A stretch of 61,033 bases of DNA, counting the filler, from Nemertoderma westbladi (lineage: Eukaryota; Animalia; Xenacoelomorpha), in the NCBI GenBank assembly GCA_032718475.1. It is 3 parts of 3 records of this genome, joined end to end, with 100 filler letters (N's around TTAATTAATTAA, not from the genome) between each part and the next. Parts side by side here need not be neighbours in the genome. Positions count along the whole stretch, not along the records: positions 1 to 22,729 come from JAUCBJ010006690.1; 2 more parts are not named here. One strand, given 5' to 3'. The position numbers were made by a program, and so were the translations under genes. The notes below the pieces were generated by a model, which did no database searches, was not told the origin of the DNA, and saw only the letters and a program-made list of their open reading frames with translations. Below are positions 1 to 12,589 of the stretch, piece after piece (position 1 is the stretch's first letter; each line of letters opens with the position of its first letter).

Positions 1-979
1 ACCTGCCCAATGCTGAATACATCATGAGCAGAGCATACAGGGGAAATACACAAAATATATATTACAATAGAAAGTATAAAAGGTTCAGTAAGTAAAATAC
101 TAACAAATATAAAAAAAGTTTTCAAAAATTTATCGGGAATACAACGAAACTTTACTGCGATTAAAATAGCTTTTGAATATTATATTATTTATTAGTACAC
201 TTTTTTCAAATGTAAACCCACTATACTTGCTTAACGGTACATTTTATATAATTAATGCTCCAGTGCTCCTAATAGAAGAGGTGTCAGCCACAGCAGGAGG
301 GTGGAGGGGGGGGGGGGGGATTGTATGATAACAATAAGGAAGGTAAATGAAAATAATGAGATGGATGGAAAAAAGTTAGAACAATACAGATAATTATATT
401 TTATTTATAGATATGGATTAATAAAAAAATTGTCTGCACTATAAAAATGTTGGTGGAACTTGTTTGAGAATCATCAGCCAAATGTTCGTATATTCTGAAC
501 ACAATAGCAAACACCATTTTAGCTTTTGATAAAGCTTTAGAGATTTTTAGAAACTCAATTCAACAAACTGCTTTAAATATATCGTTTGACTAGAAATTAA
601 ATGTAGCATGTTTTGGAATGCTTTTATTAAACGATGTTATAAGCTATTCGTTTTGAGAAACACAAACATTAGGTAACTTTGAGAACATTTTGATGCCTCA
701 TTGAAAACTGCGTCAATATATAAAATACGGCACCACGCATGTAATTAATAGTCTTCCGTATAAAATTTAAGTCAAACAACTTTAATAGTTTAAATGGCCA
801 ATAACATTTAACGAGAGTTTCAACTCAAAGGAAGATAGAACAGCCAATAGAAGATGCGTAATCAAAACTAGAAGCCCTCATTGGCTATAATAACTCCAGC
901 CGCGCAATATTCAACTTTACGGGATCTGAAGCGAAATTTAACTTTAGTGAATATTTTAATTAAATTTATTTAAACCTGT

Positions 980-3900
980 TTAAACATCCAATTCCGGAAA
1001 TTTTATACTCGAATTGTTATTCGCTGGTTCATTTCTAGTTGGATGGAAGGTGGAGTGAGTTGATTGGTTGGGGTAGTTATTGTCCTCGCTCCTATTGGCT
1101 GCGTCCTTGAGGCGTTGGAAGTATAGTCGATTGTTCTGTAGGTTCACCACAGTCGTGTCTCCCGTGCTCCCATTGGTTAAACTTTTCATCTCGTCGCCCT
1201 CTTCCGGGATCATCTCGCACCTGTTTTTATACCAGTATAAGTTTTAGCAGTTAATATAATATTTAATTAATTATTACATTAACTTTATTTGTCGCAGTAG
1301 AACTGGTTTTTCCACTAAATTAAATTGTTTTTTTTAATAAATTGTTGTCTTAAAAATTTATAAATATAAATTATTCTTCCACTAATCTATATGAATTACC
1401 ACTAAAATGTATAATTTTATCACCAAAATAAAACTAAATTGAATTTCGTTTATTGTTTTGGTTAGAATAACGTGTATTTTCCACTACATATTAGTGATAA
1501 TTAAAATTGGTAAACGACGGAAGTCCGTCATTAGCGTAAAGTCCGCGACATTATCCGTAAAAGCAAGAAGGGTGTTTGAAATAATTAATAGATGAACTGG
1601 TAATTAATAGACTTACTGGTGTGATAATTTCTATAATTTTAGTGATAAATAGTTTAGTGGAATCTGAATATTTTAGTGAATCGTTCCGTATAATGCCATG
1701 AATATATGACATTCTCTTGAAATACCGGTATAGTTAACAACGGAAAAGGTCAAATTACGTTTATAGGTAAACTCATTAACCTAGTACAAAATTAATTATT
1801 AATTTTGATGATCCATAAGTAAATGAAGTAAAGTAGTAAACACAAGAGGCAACCCGGAGCCTCCTGTTACCTGTAACACGCCACACTAACTCCCAAGATC
1901 GGATATCCTCTCAATCCAGCCATTTTCTTTACTTCCCCAGAATATCTGACAAGTTTCCATCACAGAACAACTGGGTGAGGTAAAGAATTTGTTAGTACAA
2001 CATACCTGTAGATAGCCTGTTGAATAGCGGGTTTGTTTCTTTCTGAATTGGGTTTACCGCAGACACCTGCGCAGAGGAAGTACGTGACGCCGCAGCTGTT
2101 TATTACGGAACAGCTCACGTCGATGGCGATCAATAAAAGCACAAACGTGGCGATTACGATTCCCGCTATAGCCTCTAGGGGGAGTCCCATGCCTGACGTC
2201 CGCAAATGGGATCCATTCTCCTCAGAGTTGCCAACACGGGTGCCTAGGAAACAATAACGGTTGAATTGAAACTGAAAGTAAATATAATCACAGTTAGTAA
2301 GGACGTTGCCATTTTACAGAGAATCAATTTATTTGAACTTCATCAGTTTTATACCTACCTTTACCGCTAGTAGCCCAAACTGACACCACATAAATTAAAT
2401 TAAATAAATTAAATTAAAAACAAATTAAAAATAAATAAATAAAATAAAATAATAAAATAAATTAAAAACGACGCCGTGATACTTTACTATTGTATACGCG
2501 ACTAAAGCGAGAAACGAAAACGCAGTTTTATAGAAATAAATTACCTATTATGCCTAGTTGTATATCGAAAATTATAATTCACACGTAGTTACAGTAGTTT
2601 TAGATAGGCTGGGATGACCAATTGCTAATTAGGTTTAGTGCAATAATAATTATTCAGTTTATTCCAACTTTTTACATGTAGATCATGCGAGTTAATAAAC
2701 AAATTATGCTGAATTCCAGTCTGTGTACGTAACTGATCATTCTCCTAACACATTCCTCAATGGTAAATCAGGTTCCCAAGATAAAAACTGAATGATAACA
2801 ATAATATATTCTTAACGATGGTAAATTTCGCTTTACTAAAGCCACAAGGAACGTATTGAAAACAGCTGATTTGTATACGAAAAACCTATTATTATGATGT
2901 TAACCGTTTGTGATACAGGATGGCTCTATGTACTTATACAGTAAAGTGTTGTTCAAAACATTTTGTAGTGAAAAATTAATTAACTAAGCCCAATTAAAAA
3001 ATAATTATGATAAGTTTACAAATGTTCTTAAAATGTGTTTATTCTTAAAGTTGTTTAGTTAATTATTAGTTGGAAAATATTCAACTAAAACTTAACCAAA
3101 TAGAAAAATTTTGAGTAATACTGGTAACCATAACAACGGTTGTGTTTGTCGTTTCGCAAAGGGCCAACACCCCCCCCCCCCCCCCCCCCCAATCTATATT
3201 GAGTATGGCCTTTCATATGGAGTACCATGTTACCATAACAATGAGTTAATGTTATTACTTGTTATTGTTAGAGAGGATTCCTCTGGTACAGGGGGGAGGG
3301 GGGGGGGGGGGGCAGAAACAATAAAGTTCAGCTTTCGGAATTTAGTTAGATTTTAGTTGAAAACTAAACTATTTATTTATAAAAACCACGTTAACTAACT
3401 AAAATTCGCAATGACAACTTAAAAGCACTTTAACTATAAATATCATCAAATTACAGTAATTACACGTTCGTGAGGCCTTCGCGCAGCACGAAGTGAGCAA
3501 CACAATAATCGTCCTCCTCTTATGCCTCGTTGCTTTCGTTCATTTTTCACCAAACTGCAGATTCTTTCTAAACTTTTGACGGACTACACACATACCAAGT
3601 TTCGTTTAATTTCATCAAGAAATAACCGAGTTATTAGCGATCAAAAATTTACGACGACGACGACAGACTACTCGCCAATGGCACCCATATGCTAAGGCTT
3701 CGCTCACTTCGTGGCTCGCCCCACAGGGTGGTTGACATTATTTTATACGATTTCGCAAATTTCTCTCATAATCTAATTAGGTAACAGGGTGCGCCTAACT
3801 GAATGTAAAAATTATAAAAAATTGTATTACCGTTAGTTGTACCTATCTTGCAAATACTGTATAATAATATTCAGTAACTACTGTATAGCAACTACCATTT

Positions 3901-6470
3901 AGTAGGCCTACTGTTGTAGTCCTTAATGTTTACCAGGGATTATTGTTTAACTAACCAATCAGCTAACAGATGAAATATTAATGCAGGTGAGTATAATTTA
4001 GTTTCATGCAGCCGATGCAGAAAGGTGTTCCTAACGAAAATTATCTATATAAAAAGAGTTAATTTTATCGATTAGGTTGTACTATTTATAGCATTCATTA
4101 TCATAACCCTGTTAACAAATAAAGTCTACTTTTTCTATCTACAGTAACTAGAATATAACACAATCACGCAAACAACATTTATTGTAATAACTATATTTGT
4201 TGAATGCAACATATTATTTCAAAAAAACGTTTGATTAACTCGAACAGACACAGTTGTTTTAGGCTGAAACTTCGAAATTTGAGAAAATGCTTAATTATTT
4301 TTATGTTTAAGAATTATAATTTTTTTAAAATATCTACACACTTAGTTAAAGATTTTCTACATTATCTAAATAAATATGTCCCGGTAGAGAGAAAACAAAA
4401 TGCATAAAAATGTAACTTTACAGTAAAACTATACTGTCAACAATTAATATACAAATAAAGCACGGTGCATTAAACTCACGCACCCTCTAGCGTTAACTTT
4501 GGTAATTTGATTAACGGCTGTCCCCCTAATTGTAAAAAGTGAAAATAATGAATAATTTATTGAATATAACGAGTTTCGAATGAATTAGTTTGCTGTCAGT
4601 ATTATTTATAACGGCAAGTAATATAAAATACTCTTTGTGGGAAATTCCAGAATTATTTAAAAGTTAACTTCTAAAATGTAGTAGTTACAAGGTTGGACTG
4701 GGCTACGTGCATATGTAAGTAAAAATTAAAAATATTAATGTATATCAAAATGGATGCAGGGTAGGGTTGGGGTTACATACGGGGTAACAATGTAGGTAGT
4801 TCGGGGGGGGGGGGGGGGGGGGGGGTTGCACAAGGAAACTTTAGGGGGTATTATTTATGGTTGGTGTAGATTTTCTACACAAAAATAAATCCAAATCTGA
4901 AACTTAACGAATTGCTTTAAAATAAAATAATTTATTTTAGTTATGGCCTAATCTATACGATATACTTAATAGGAAATAAATCATTAGGCCTATTTAATAT
5001 TGAAAATATGTATTTAGTATATTCTTACCCGTAGTAAAGTGCCAAATCTCCCAATCACTTTCCCCAAGAGAGTTGAAGGCCTGTATCATAACGGTATACT
5101 TAGACGAAGGAGTTAGGTTTTCTATTAGGAAGCTGGTAGTATTACCGCTGACTTTTTTTCTCTCCCAACTAGCCTCATGTGTTTGTTCTAGAATTCCCTT
5201 TCTAACCACACCCAACTGTAAAGTAATCCAATATTTAGTTATTTTCAGTATATTTAGTTTTTAGTTTAGTATACTGTATTTAGTATTTATAGTATATTTA
5301 GTTATTATGTTGGGCGAGACAGAACTGTGAGCTATCTGAGATGGGGCGAGCCACGTAGTGAGGCTCAAATCACTAGAATTATATCTTATTCAGTAAAGAA
5401 ATTACGATTTGTCGAATGTAAATGTTTTGGGTCTGCATATAAGTACCTCCGTACACCACCGAATACACCAACGTAAAAGGCAAAAGTTGAAACTTGAACT
5501 ACGTTGTGTGTATTATAGTGTTTATACGGATCCCGATCCCGAAAAACTGGGATTCCGGCGAAAAATGCAATCCCGGTCCCGATCCCGCCTTTTTTGGACC
5601 GGGATCCCGAGGTAAATATAGTTAAGTAATTTTATTGGATATCTGATAAATAATTCCAGCAGAAAGGAAATGTTTTGATTATATCGGATTTTTATTTCAG
5701 TAAACCATCCAGTAATCAATTGCAAAATAATTTTAATATAACTTTATCTTACTAATATTTCAGAAGTGTAAGATAAAGTGAGTGTTACCTAAAACCCGCC
5801 AAAATTACTATTAACTTTAAGGAATTTACTCAAAAATTGCTATCCCGATCACGAAAAACGGGATCCCGAGAGTGATAATCCCGGTCCCGGAATTCCCGAA
5901 AAGTCTGATCCCGTTTAAACACTACCACGTGAGTAAATCTCTAAGCAACTAACTCACCTTTTTGTAGCGTATGTTGTACCCTTTCACGCCACTTGGGGGC
6001 CACCACTTTAAGTCATAGATGTTGGCGAAATCAGTTACTGAGGCACTTTTTATAACCGGTTTAAAAGGTTTAACTGAAACAGAATCGCGATAAACAAATA
6101 CTTTAATTCTCGATTGAAAAAGAAAACTATACAATTACTTGTTTTGGAATTGGATTATTCCATGACGTCGTTGGTTTGTTCCACTTTCAGGGTGGAAATT
6201 ACAGAAAGTAAGAATTTATTTATTTAGGGGTAGGAATTTAGAATAAGCACCCTATAAACACAGAATTGTTTAATTTGGTGGACCAAACCAAGAAACGTTA
6301 ATAATAGGCAAAATTGTAAGTAATATTTATAAATTATATAGATTGCTGGAACTAACTTGGTTGAGGTGTTACGAAGTTAACACTCGCCGACGATTCACTT
6401 AGACCGACTGCGTTCATCGCTTTTATACGGACAACGTATTCTGTGTCGGCCTGCAAATTATCTAGTTTAG
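980..6470 (-). CDS. NCAM: NCAM/fasciclin II-like cell adhesion molecule, 3' part (end of FN3-1, FN3-2, TM, cytoplasmic tail); 5' exons not found
   Basis: Phase-consistent GT-AG exons at 6470-6357 (KLDNLQADTEYVVRIKAMNAVGLSESSASVNFVTPQP), 6073-5958 (KPFKP...YDLKWWPPSGVKGYNIRYKK), 5215-5029 (NLTPSSKYTVMIQAFNSLGESDW), 2243-2006 and 1220-980. The TM/juxtamembrane segment AIAGIVIATFVLLLIAIDVSCSVINSCGVTYFLCAGVCGK closely resembles vertebrate NCAM1 as recalled (AIVGILIVIFVLLLVVVDITCYFLNKCGL...LCGK). Confidence 0.85.
3465..3722 (+). mobile_element. Short non-autonomous Helentron-associated (HINE/DINE-like) element
   Basis: Subterminal inverted repeat CACGAAGTGAGC (3487-3498) / GCTCACTTCGTG (3702-3713), an internal CCAAGTTTC motif and a (GAC)n microsatellite. 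A related 3' end lies on the - strand at about 5343-5367. The family assignment is by architecture only. Confidence 0.45.
5516..5924. mobile_element. hAT-like MITE in an NCAM intron
   Basis: Ends read TAGTGTTTATACGGATC ... GATCCCGTTTAAACACTA, with many subterminal GGGATCCCG/ATCCCG motifs. No TSD is retained. A related end (GATCCCGTTGCAACACTA) occurs at about 45720-45793. Confidence 0.55.
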
Positions 6471-7903
6471 CTGTAACACCTAAAAATTACAATTATAATA
6501 GTTAAAGGAAAAATGGATAAATTAATCTACATCATTGTCTATTTGTTCATCCATATTTCATAAATTGTAATTTCAAAGGTTAATGGCGTAATATTCTACG
6601 GATAATGGCGCAAGGTGTTTTCTAACCAAAACAATAAACGTAAAACTGTATTTCGTAATCACGTTCTTGGGAACAATTTGCGTTGGAGATAATTTTTTCA
6701 GATGAAACAAATCCCTGTAACACTCGATAACACCTCCATATCTATGGCCTCGTCCAATCGATTCAGTCAATGACAAAAATATTTATAAATTAGAAATACT
6801 GTATATCTCTTAACTTCATATTCCTGTGAGTGCTCGAATATCGTAATATTTGTAGAATTCTAGAACAGCAGAAAACTAGTCAAAATGGAGTGGAAAAGAA
6901 ATTGACTTTATAGCCAGGTCTGTTTCCAAGTTAATGCGTAATTCAGACATTGTCGATATTAATCAGTTTAAACTGTATTTCATCTTAAAATATTTGGAAT
7001 ACACTTATTGTGATGCCCAAAACACTGGCCTAGATTATACAATACAAGACTAATGCAGGAGTTTTGTTTTACAGTTTCAGTAAGTATGTTGAAACCTTTT
7101 TGTGTTAAAGTTTACAAGTCTATTAGGAAATGAATGTGTCTAACCCTCCAACTCAATGGAAAACACGTACAGTACAAAACACCGCACCAAAAAACAGTAT
7201 ATTCCCCTATGTTAAAGTGATCGTTGTTGAGAACTTATTATTATATTTAGTTCATCTGAGTTTAATCGAATTCGATAAACTAATAGAAACATTATTCCCA
7301 GTCTATTAATTGCCCTATAATATTCCCGTAGATGCCTGATAATATCGTAACTCTAAAAACAAGCGTTGTTTGCTTCGGGGTTCAAATATAATGCGGGGGG
7401 TTAATCTAAATATAACAGCGGGGTAGCCAAGATGGTTGGGCGCCTGACCTGCTAATAAATATCCAAAACAGCTAACCAAAACAATAAACGAGAGACAATA
7501 AAACAGGTTACTGTTTCATTTTTGCTAGAAATCAGCTGTTACTCGCATTAATTTTCCCCTGAGTGAAAGGGATAAATTTTTTAATGCGTCACGACACCCC
7601 CACCCCCCTTTCGTAAAATGATTGTTTACTGGAAATGCTTTTAACTAAATTTCCGTCGGTGGTGCAGTACACCTTAAATATTTTATAAGTTTAACTTAAT
7701 ATTTACCATAAAAATCCACACAACCATCCCAGAAAAAAGTGAATCAGTGAAAACGGATCAGATAAACAATAATTAACCCAAAATTTTGAAATGTATAAAT
7801 ATTTAATTACATAAGGGCATATAATAATATAAATAAGCAACGCGGCACAAAATTAAAAACAATTTACTAAATAATGTTTTTTAGTAATTACTTTCAGTTT
7901 TTA

Positions 7904-8701
7904 TTAGTTTGCGACGTATATAATCCTGTGTCTCTCAACCATCTCGATGTCGGTCTCTAACTGCTTCATATCGGCTTCCAGACGTTCCTTCCTTGCTTTC
8001 TTAGGAACGGTATCCGTAACAACAGAAAGCCCTTGATACTGATGGTGCAGAACCTCCCAATTGGCTTTCAACCCATCCAATATCTCTTGCCGCTCACCGT
8101 CTCCTAACTTCTTCATGGCTCCTTTCCGTTGTAACCCAATAACATAATTATCGTAGTCGGCTTTGGCGCTTTCGAATTCATCTTTCCGCTTTGTGATATA
8201 TTCAGGAATTTCTCCAAAATCTTTTTTATAAAGATATTTGGGGTGGAGGCCGGATGGGGTTAAAGGAAAACCGTCTCCGAAACGTGTATCTATAAAATTA
8301 TGCGCGGGTTTTTTGGGGACAGACATTACGTTCTCCACGGCGTTAGAAGTTATAAAATTCTTTTCCGATCTGATCCCCATCAAAGGAACGTCTTTCCGAT
8401 CAGGAACTTTCGCTTTTCGTTTTTCCAACTCGCGTGGCGGCTGTTTTTCCGGGAGTGCCGGTTCGTGTTCGTGAGCTTTTAGGTATTTCGATGTAGATAC
8501 GTCGTATTTAGCGGGGCCCATGGTTTTGTGTTGCGACTTTGGGACTGAGAATATTGTGTGTACTGTCTGGGTGTTGGGTCCGACTTCGTGAGGGTGGTTG
8601 GACTGGAAGCGATCGGATTTACGGGTTTTACGAGGCGCTTTCGGGATTAGGTTGTAGATGCATTCGTCGCCTGGGTTGGCGGCTAACATTGCGGCGGCCA
8701 T
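7904..8701 (-). CDS. ENKUR: Enkurin (axonemal calmodulin/TRPC-binding protein), intronless CDS, 265 aa
   Basis: End-to-end motif match to enkurin: ECIYNLIP, KTMGPAK, MGI.S.KNFI, PSGL.PKY..KKD.G..PEYI, GLK.NWE..H, KQLE.DI...E.H.IIY.AN. Confidence 0.95.
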   Translation of the reverse strand: MAAAMLAANPGDECIYNLIPKAPRKTRKSDRFQSNHPHEVGPNTQTVHTIFSVPKSQHKTMGPAKYDVSTSKYLKAHEHEPALPEKQPPRELEKRKAKVPDRKDVPLMGIRSEKNFITSNAVENVMSVPKKPAHNFIDTRFGDGFPLTPSGLHPKYLYKKDFGEIPEYITKRKDEFESAKADYDNYVIGLQRKGAMKKLGDGERQEILDGLKANWEVLHHQYQGLSVVTDTVPKKARKERLEADMKQLETDIEMVERHRIIYVAN

Positions 8702-8844
8702 TCCCCTGGTGATTGATTTTTAAATTATTTGTATAAATTATAGAAATAGAATAATCTTTTCCGTTAAAATTCCGTTAGCCTACGTACAACACAGGGTATA
8801 TTAATTAGCTGCGAGATGTACCGGGTAGGTGTTTAATATATATG

Positions 8845-9240
8845 ATTTACTACAAACATACCGTAGCTATCGGGGCTACCGCTGCTACCGGTAGAGTGAT
8901 AAGAAAGTAGGCTACCGGAACGGTAAGAATTAAATTTTACTACAAACAGACCGTAGCTACCCCTACTGCTACCGGTAGAGTGGTAAGAAATTACGGTAAG
9001 AATGTAAGTTTACTAAAAACACACCGTAGCTACCCCTACGGCTACCGGTAGAGTGGTAAGAAAGTACGGTAAGAATGTAAGTTTACTAAAAACAGACCGT
9101 AGCTACCCCTACTGCTACCGGTAGGCGGTAGAGTGGTAGGGAAGTACGGTAAGAATGTAAGTTTACTAAAAACACACCGTAGCTACCCCTACTGCTACCG
9201 GTAGGCGGTAGAGTGGTAAGAAAGTACGAATGTAAGTTAT
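8845..9240. repeat. Tandem repeat of about 5 copies of a 73-90 bp unit just upstream of enkurin
   Basis: Recurring CCGTAGCTACCCC...GCTACCGGTAGAGTGGTAAGAAAG(T)ACGGTAAGAAT at about 8861, 8951, 9024, 9097 and 9177. Confidence 0.9.
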
Positions 9241-9402
9241 ATTCTACAGTAGTTGTGACTACCCGGTAGTCTGTAGTTTCGATTCATGCCATCGTTAACT
9301 TATGAAAAAGCGCAGTACAATACAGTCAAGAGCAGTAGGCCTACACTGTACACAATAAACTCTGCTATCTGATAAATAGAACTCTATCTGTTTTGTTGAT
9401 TA

Positions 9403-9415
9403 GTTACCAAGCAAC
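9403..9415. promoter_or_regulatory. RFX X-box upstream of enkurin
   Basis: GTTACCAAGCAAC fits the consensus GTNRCC(N0-3)RGYAAC and lies about 700 bp 5' of the ATG of a ciliary gene. RFX control of ciliary genes is well established. Confidence 0.6.
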
Positions 9416-10015
9416 ATCCTAATCAAATTAATTTCGCGTATATTTAATTTCATATTATTAAATAACGAAATAATTCTGAAATCATTTTGTGGAGAAGAAT
9501 GGCATTATAGCCTTGCCGTACAATAGCATATGCATGCATATAACAAAATGATATTCTTATCGGAAAAACATTCTAATTTATTCAAATATTAGAGACTATA
9601 TTCGTCAATTCGTTTGCTACGTTTTTTTAACCACGACTTTATTACCATAACAAAAAAAACACAGCAAAAAAGACACATATAACGATAATGGAAAGAAAAT
9701 GGTCTTCTAAATTAAAATCATGTAAAATATTTGTTTCATTCACTTGAAATATCATGCAAGTTTAGAGAAGATAATTATTAGGTATTTGAAGATAATTATT
9801 AGTTATTAATTATAACTTTATACGGTATAAGCGATTTTATTCGTCGAATGCTTTAAATGGCGAGTGAGAATGCTTTATATGGCAGGGAATAAACCAAACT
9901 CTGTATTGGTATTCTGTTATTAAAATCATCACAATTGTACTCAAAATGTAATTAATATTAAATAGTTACTTTATTCAACGTAACTAACTATATAATAATT
10001 TAGTAGGAATAAGTT

Positions 10016-10453
10016 CTACTCAATCTGTTCACCTTCAGACGCGACGGCCTCTCTATTATTATTATTATTACTGTTGGACTTGGAGCCCAAGTAACCTTGA
10101 ACCCCGGGGGCATCCTTCCAGTTCAAATCGTGCCGAACCTTCCCGAGTTGTATGGGCTGCGACTCGGGAACCTCTTCGCTGTACGAGGAAGACCCCGTAG
10201 AAGAACTCGATGACTCTTTCCTTATATTTTGCCTTCTAGGATCCGTCATCCGATAGATAAGAAGATTCATCCGTTGGTTTCTCATCCGTTTATCATCTTG
10301 TTTTTCCTCTCTCTCCACCTTCCACCGCTCCTGTTGCCGATCGTATCCCGCCATTCGCGCATCGTGTCTCAACCCGTATTTAGTCATCTTCTCCTCTCGG
10401 GTATCGCAGCAGCCCAGGAACTTGAGGCAACAGCAACAACAGAGCCAGCAGCC
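10016..10453 (-). CDS. Orphan small protein A (Cys-string, charged helix, Ser-rich linker, conserved C-terminal motif); 5' end unresolved
   Basis: Stop-free from 10453 (GCWLCCCCCLKFLGCCDTREEK-MTKYG...), first ATG at 10387. GC-richer than its flanks. Shares LGKVRHDLNWKDAP with the ORF at 15394-15768. Confidence 0.6.
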   Translation of the reverse strand, partial: GCWLCCCCCLKFLGCCDTREEKMTKYGLRHDARMAGYDRQQERWKVEREEKQDDKRMRNQRMNLLIYRMTDPRRQNIRKESSSSSTGSSSYSEEVPESQPIQLGKVRHDLNWKDAPGVQGYLGSKSNSNNNNNREAVASEGEQIE

Positions 10454-10592
10454 TTAGTTACCAGCACAGCGGCGATAACCCCTGGACTATAGATATCTGG
10501 CCCCACATCGAGTTAATGGCACAAAATTACCGCGAAGTCCAATTATGTTTAGTGTGTTTAAATAATTAATTAAACTTAATTTAAAAGAATTA

Positions 10593-11916
10593 GGGGAGAT
10601 GGTACCCCAGTATTTTTCGAAAATTGAAAAATTTTCGAAAAATTTTTTTTATTTATTAATTCTAAATCAGAATTTAACGTAGATTTCAGAAATCAAAACC
10701 CTAACATCACATCATAAGCTTAAGTTGTCTGTTTTTCTGTTTGTCTGTCTATTGGTCTGTTTTTCTGTTTGTCAACAAATTATGGAAATAAAAATGTACA
10801 CCACCTAACTAAAATAATTGCTACATGGGTTTTCGTGGTCGCGGATTTCATTTCCGTGGTCAGTTCTCAAATAGTTTGTCTGCCTGTTTGTCCGTCGGTC
10901 GGTCTTTCTGTCAAAAACATAACGAATCACATTACGTAACCAAAATTTTCACAATTGGGGTTTTTAAGGTCGGTGATTTCATTTATGGTGTTATCTTTCC
11001 AGTTTGGATGAGTCTATTATGCCTGTATATTTGTCTGTCAGTCGATCTGTCTGTCAAGAAAGACATACAGACAGACTTAAACAGACAGTCTAGGTTCATG
11101 CAATTATTAAATATGACATGGGAAATCAAATCAGCAACTAGGAAAACCCCCATATCAGAAATTATAGTAAAGTGATGTGTTTACTTATATTTTATCTGTG
11201 ACACCGACAGTAAGTCAGACAGACAAACAGACAGACAGACCGACCGACCGACCGATAGACAGACAGACAAACAGACAGACAGACCGACAGACCGATAGAC
11301 ATACAGACAGTCCAGATGTCACCAATCATTAAAACATGTAGTAGAAATTAAATCAGCGACTAGGAAAACCCCCATATCTGAAATTTTATTCAGGTGACAT
11401 GCCTCTTTATATTTTGACTGACAGACAAACAGACATAAAAACAGACAAACAGACATAAAAACAGACAAACAGACATTCTAGGTTCAGTTAAATATTAAAA
11501 TTTACATCGGAAATGGAATCAGCGACTAGGAAAACCCCCATATCATAAATTATAGTAAAGTAAAGTGATGTGCTTACTTATTTATTGTCTGTGAGATTGA
11601 CAGTGAAACAGACAGACAGACAGAATGACAGACAAACAGACAGACAGGCAGTCCAGATATCATCAAACATTAAAACAGATAACAGAAATGAATTCAACGT
11701 CTACGAAAACCCCTAAATCGTAAATTTTGGTTCGCTGGAGTAGTTTATTATATTTTGGCTTATTTTTGAAATGTTGAATGAAGGTTCCAGGTGTGTCTCG
11801 ATAGTTATTCCGCCCTTCTGGAAATTTTCATGAGATTCCATCTCGTAGAACCAGCTAATGGGTACATATGTGTTAGCAGTAAAATGTATGGGGATAGCCT
11901 GGGGTACCATGTCCCC
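10593..11916. mobile_element. Non-autonomous TIR DNA transposon with TTA target duplication (PIF/Harbinger-like; Kolobok not excluded)
   Basis: TIRs GGGGAGATGGTACCCCAG / CTGGGGTACCATGTCCCC, with TTA on both flanks (10590-10592, 11917-11919). Internal ~180-220 bp repeats carry AATCAGCGACTAGGAAAACCCCCATATC, with (GACA)n tracts in both orientations. Confidence 0.75.
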
Positions 11917-12002
11917 TTAATGGAAAGGAGCAGGTTACTGTTTCTGTTTTCGAATAAAAACAATAAACAAAATTTTAATTCATATACGTCCAATTTGCAC
12001 TG

Positions 12003-12115
12003 GAGATCACTAAGTGCATCACTAAGTGAGATAACTAAGTGAGGTACTAAGTGAGATCACTAAGTGCATCACTAAGTGAGGTACTAAGTGAGATCCTAAG
12101 TCGAGATCACTAAGT
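12003..12115. repeat. 12-13 bp minisatellite (GAGATCACTAAGT-type)
   Basis: About 9 tandem copies of a ...CACTAAGTG-type unit. Confidence 0.85.
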
Positions 12116-12589
12116 ATAAGTCTTATACTTATATTTATGTACCATTGATCCAACCAACACTAGCATCCAGAGGTTATCGGTGTGCGGTTGATGACCTTTC
12201 AAGCACGAGAATACAGTCATAGATAGTAGTAGTAATATTGTGTTGTAGGTAATTATATTTACAATGAGTATTCATCAACAGTAATGGTACGGTTTCAAGG
12301 TATACTTCATCATATTAATTTTTGCAAAGATACCGGTACAATAATAAACTATGTAGTTTGTCTGAAAAAAAAAACTAGCTAGAAAATAATATTTTATCGT
12401 ACAGAAATATTTTTGAGTCATTGTAGCAAGTAATTTCATTAGTTTGTATTCATTAACTATAATTATTTTAAAAATTCAATTTTATCGATATTATTGTTAT
12501 TACTATATAATATTTGTATATTATTATATTTATATAATATTGTTATTAATATATAATATGCCACTAAAATTGGCATTGGTACACCTTGG

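Noticed and set aside
1870-1945. Alternative NCAM cytoplasmic exon (RYSGEVKENGWIERISDLGS*)
   Set aside because: It would need an intron of only about 60 nt with a weak acceptor and shows no recognisable homology. It cannot be supported without transcripts.
6573-6776. ORF upstream of the NCAM FN3 exon as the missing FN3 N-half
   Set aside because: It has no FN3 Trp/Tyr pattern or suitable donor, and it contains the dispersed non-coding 19-mer.
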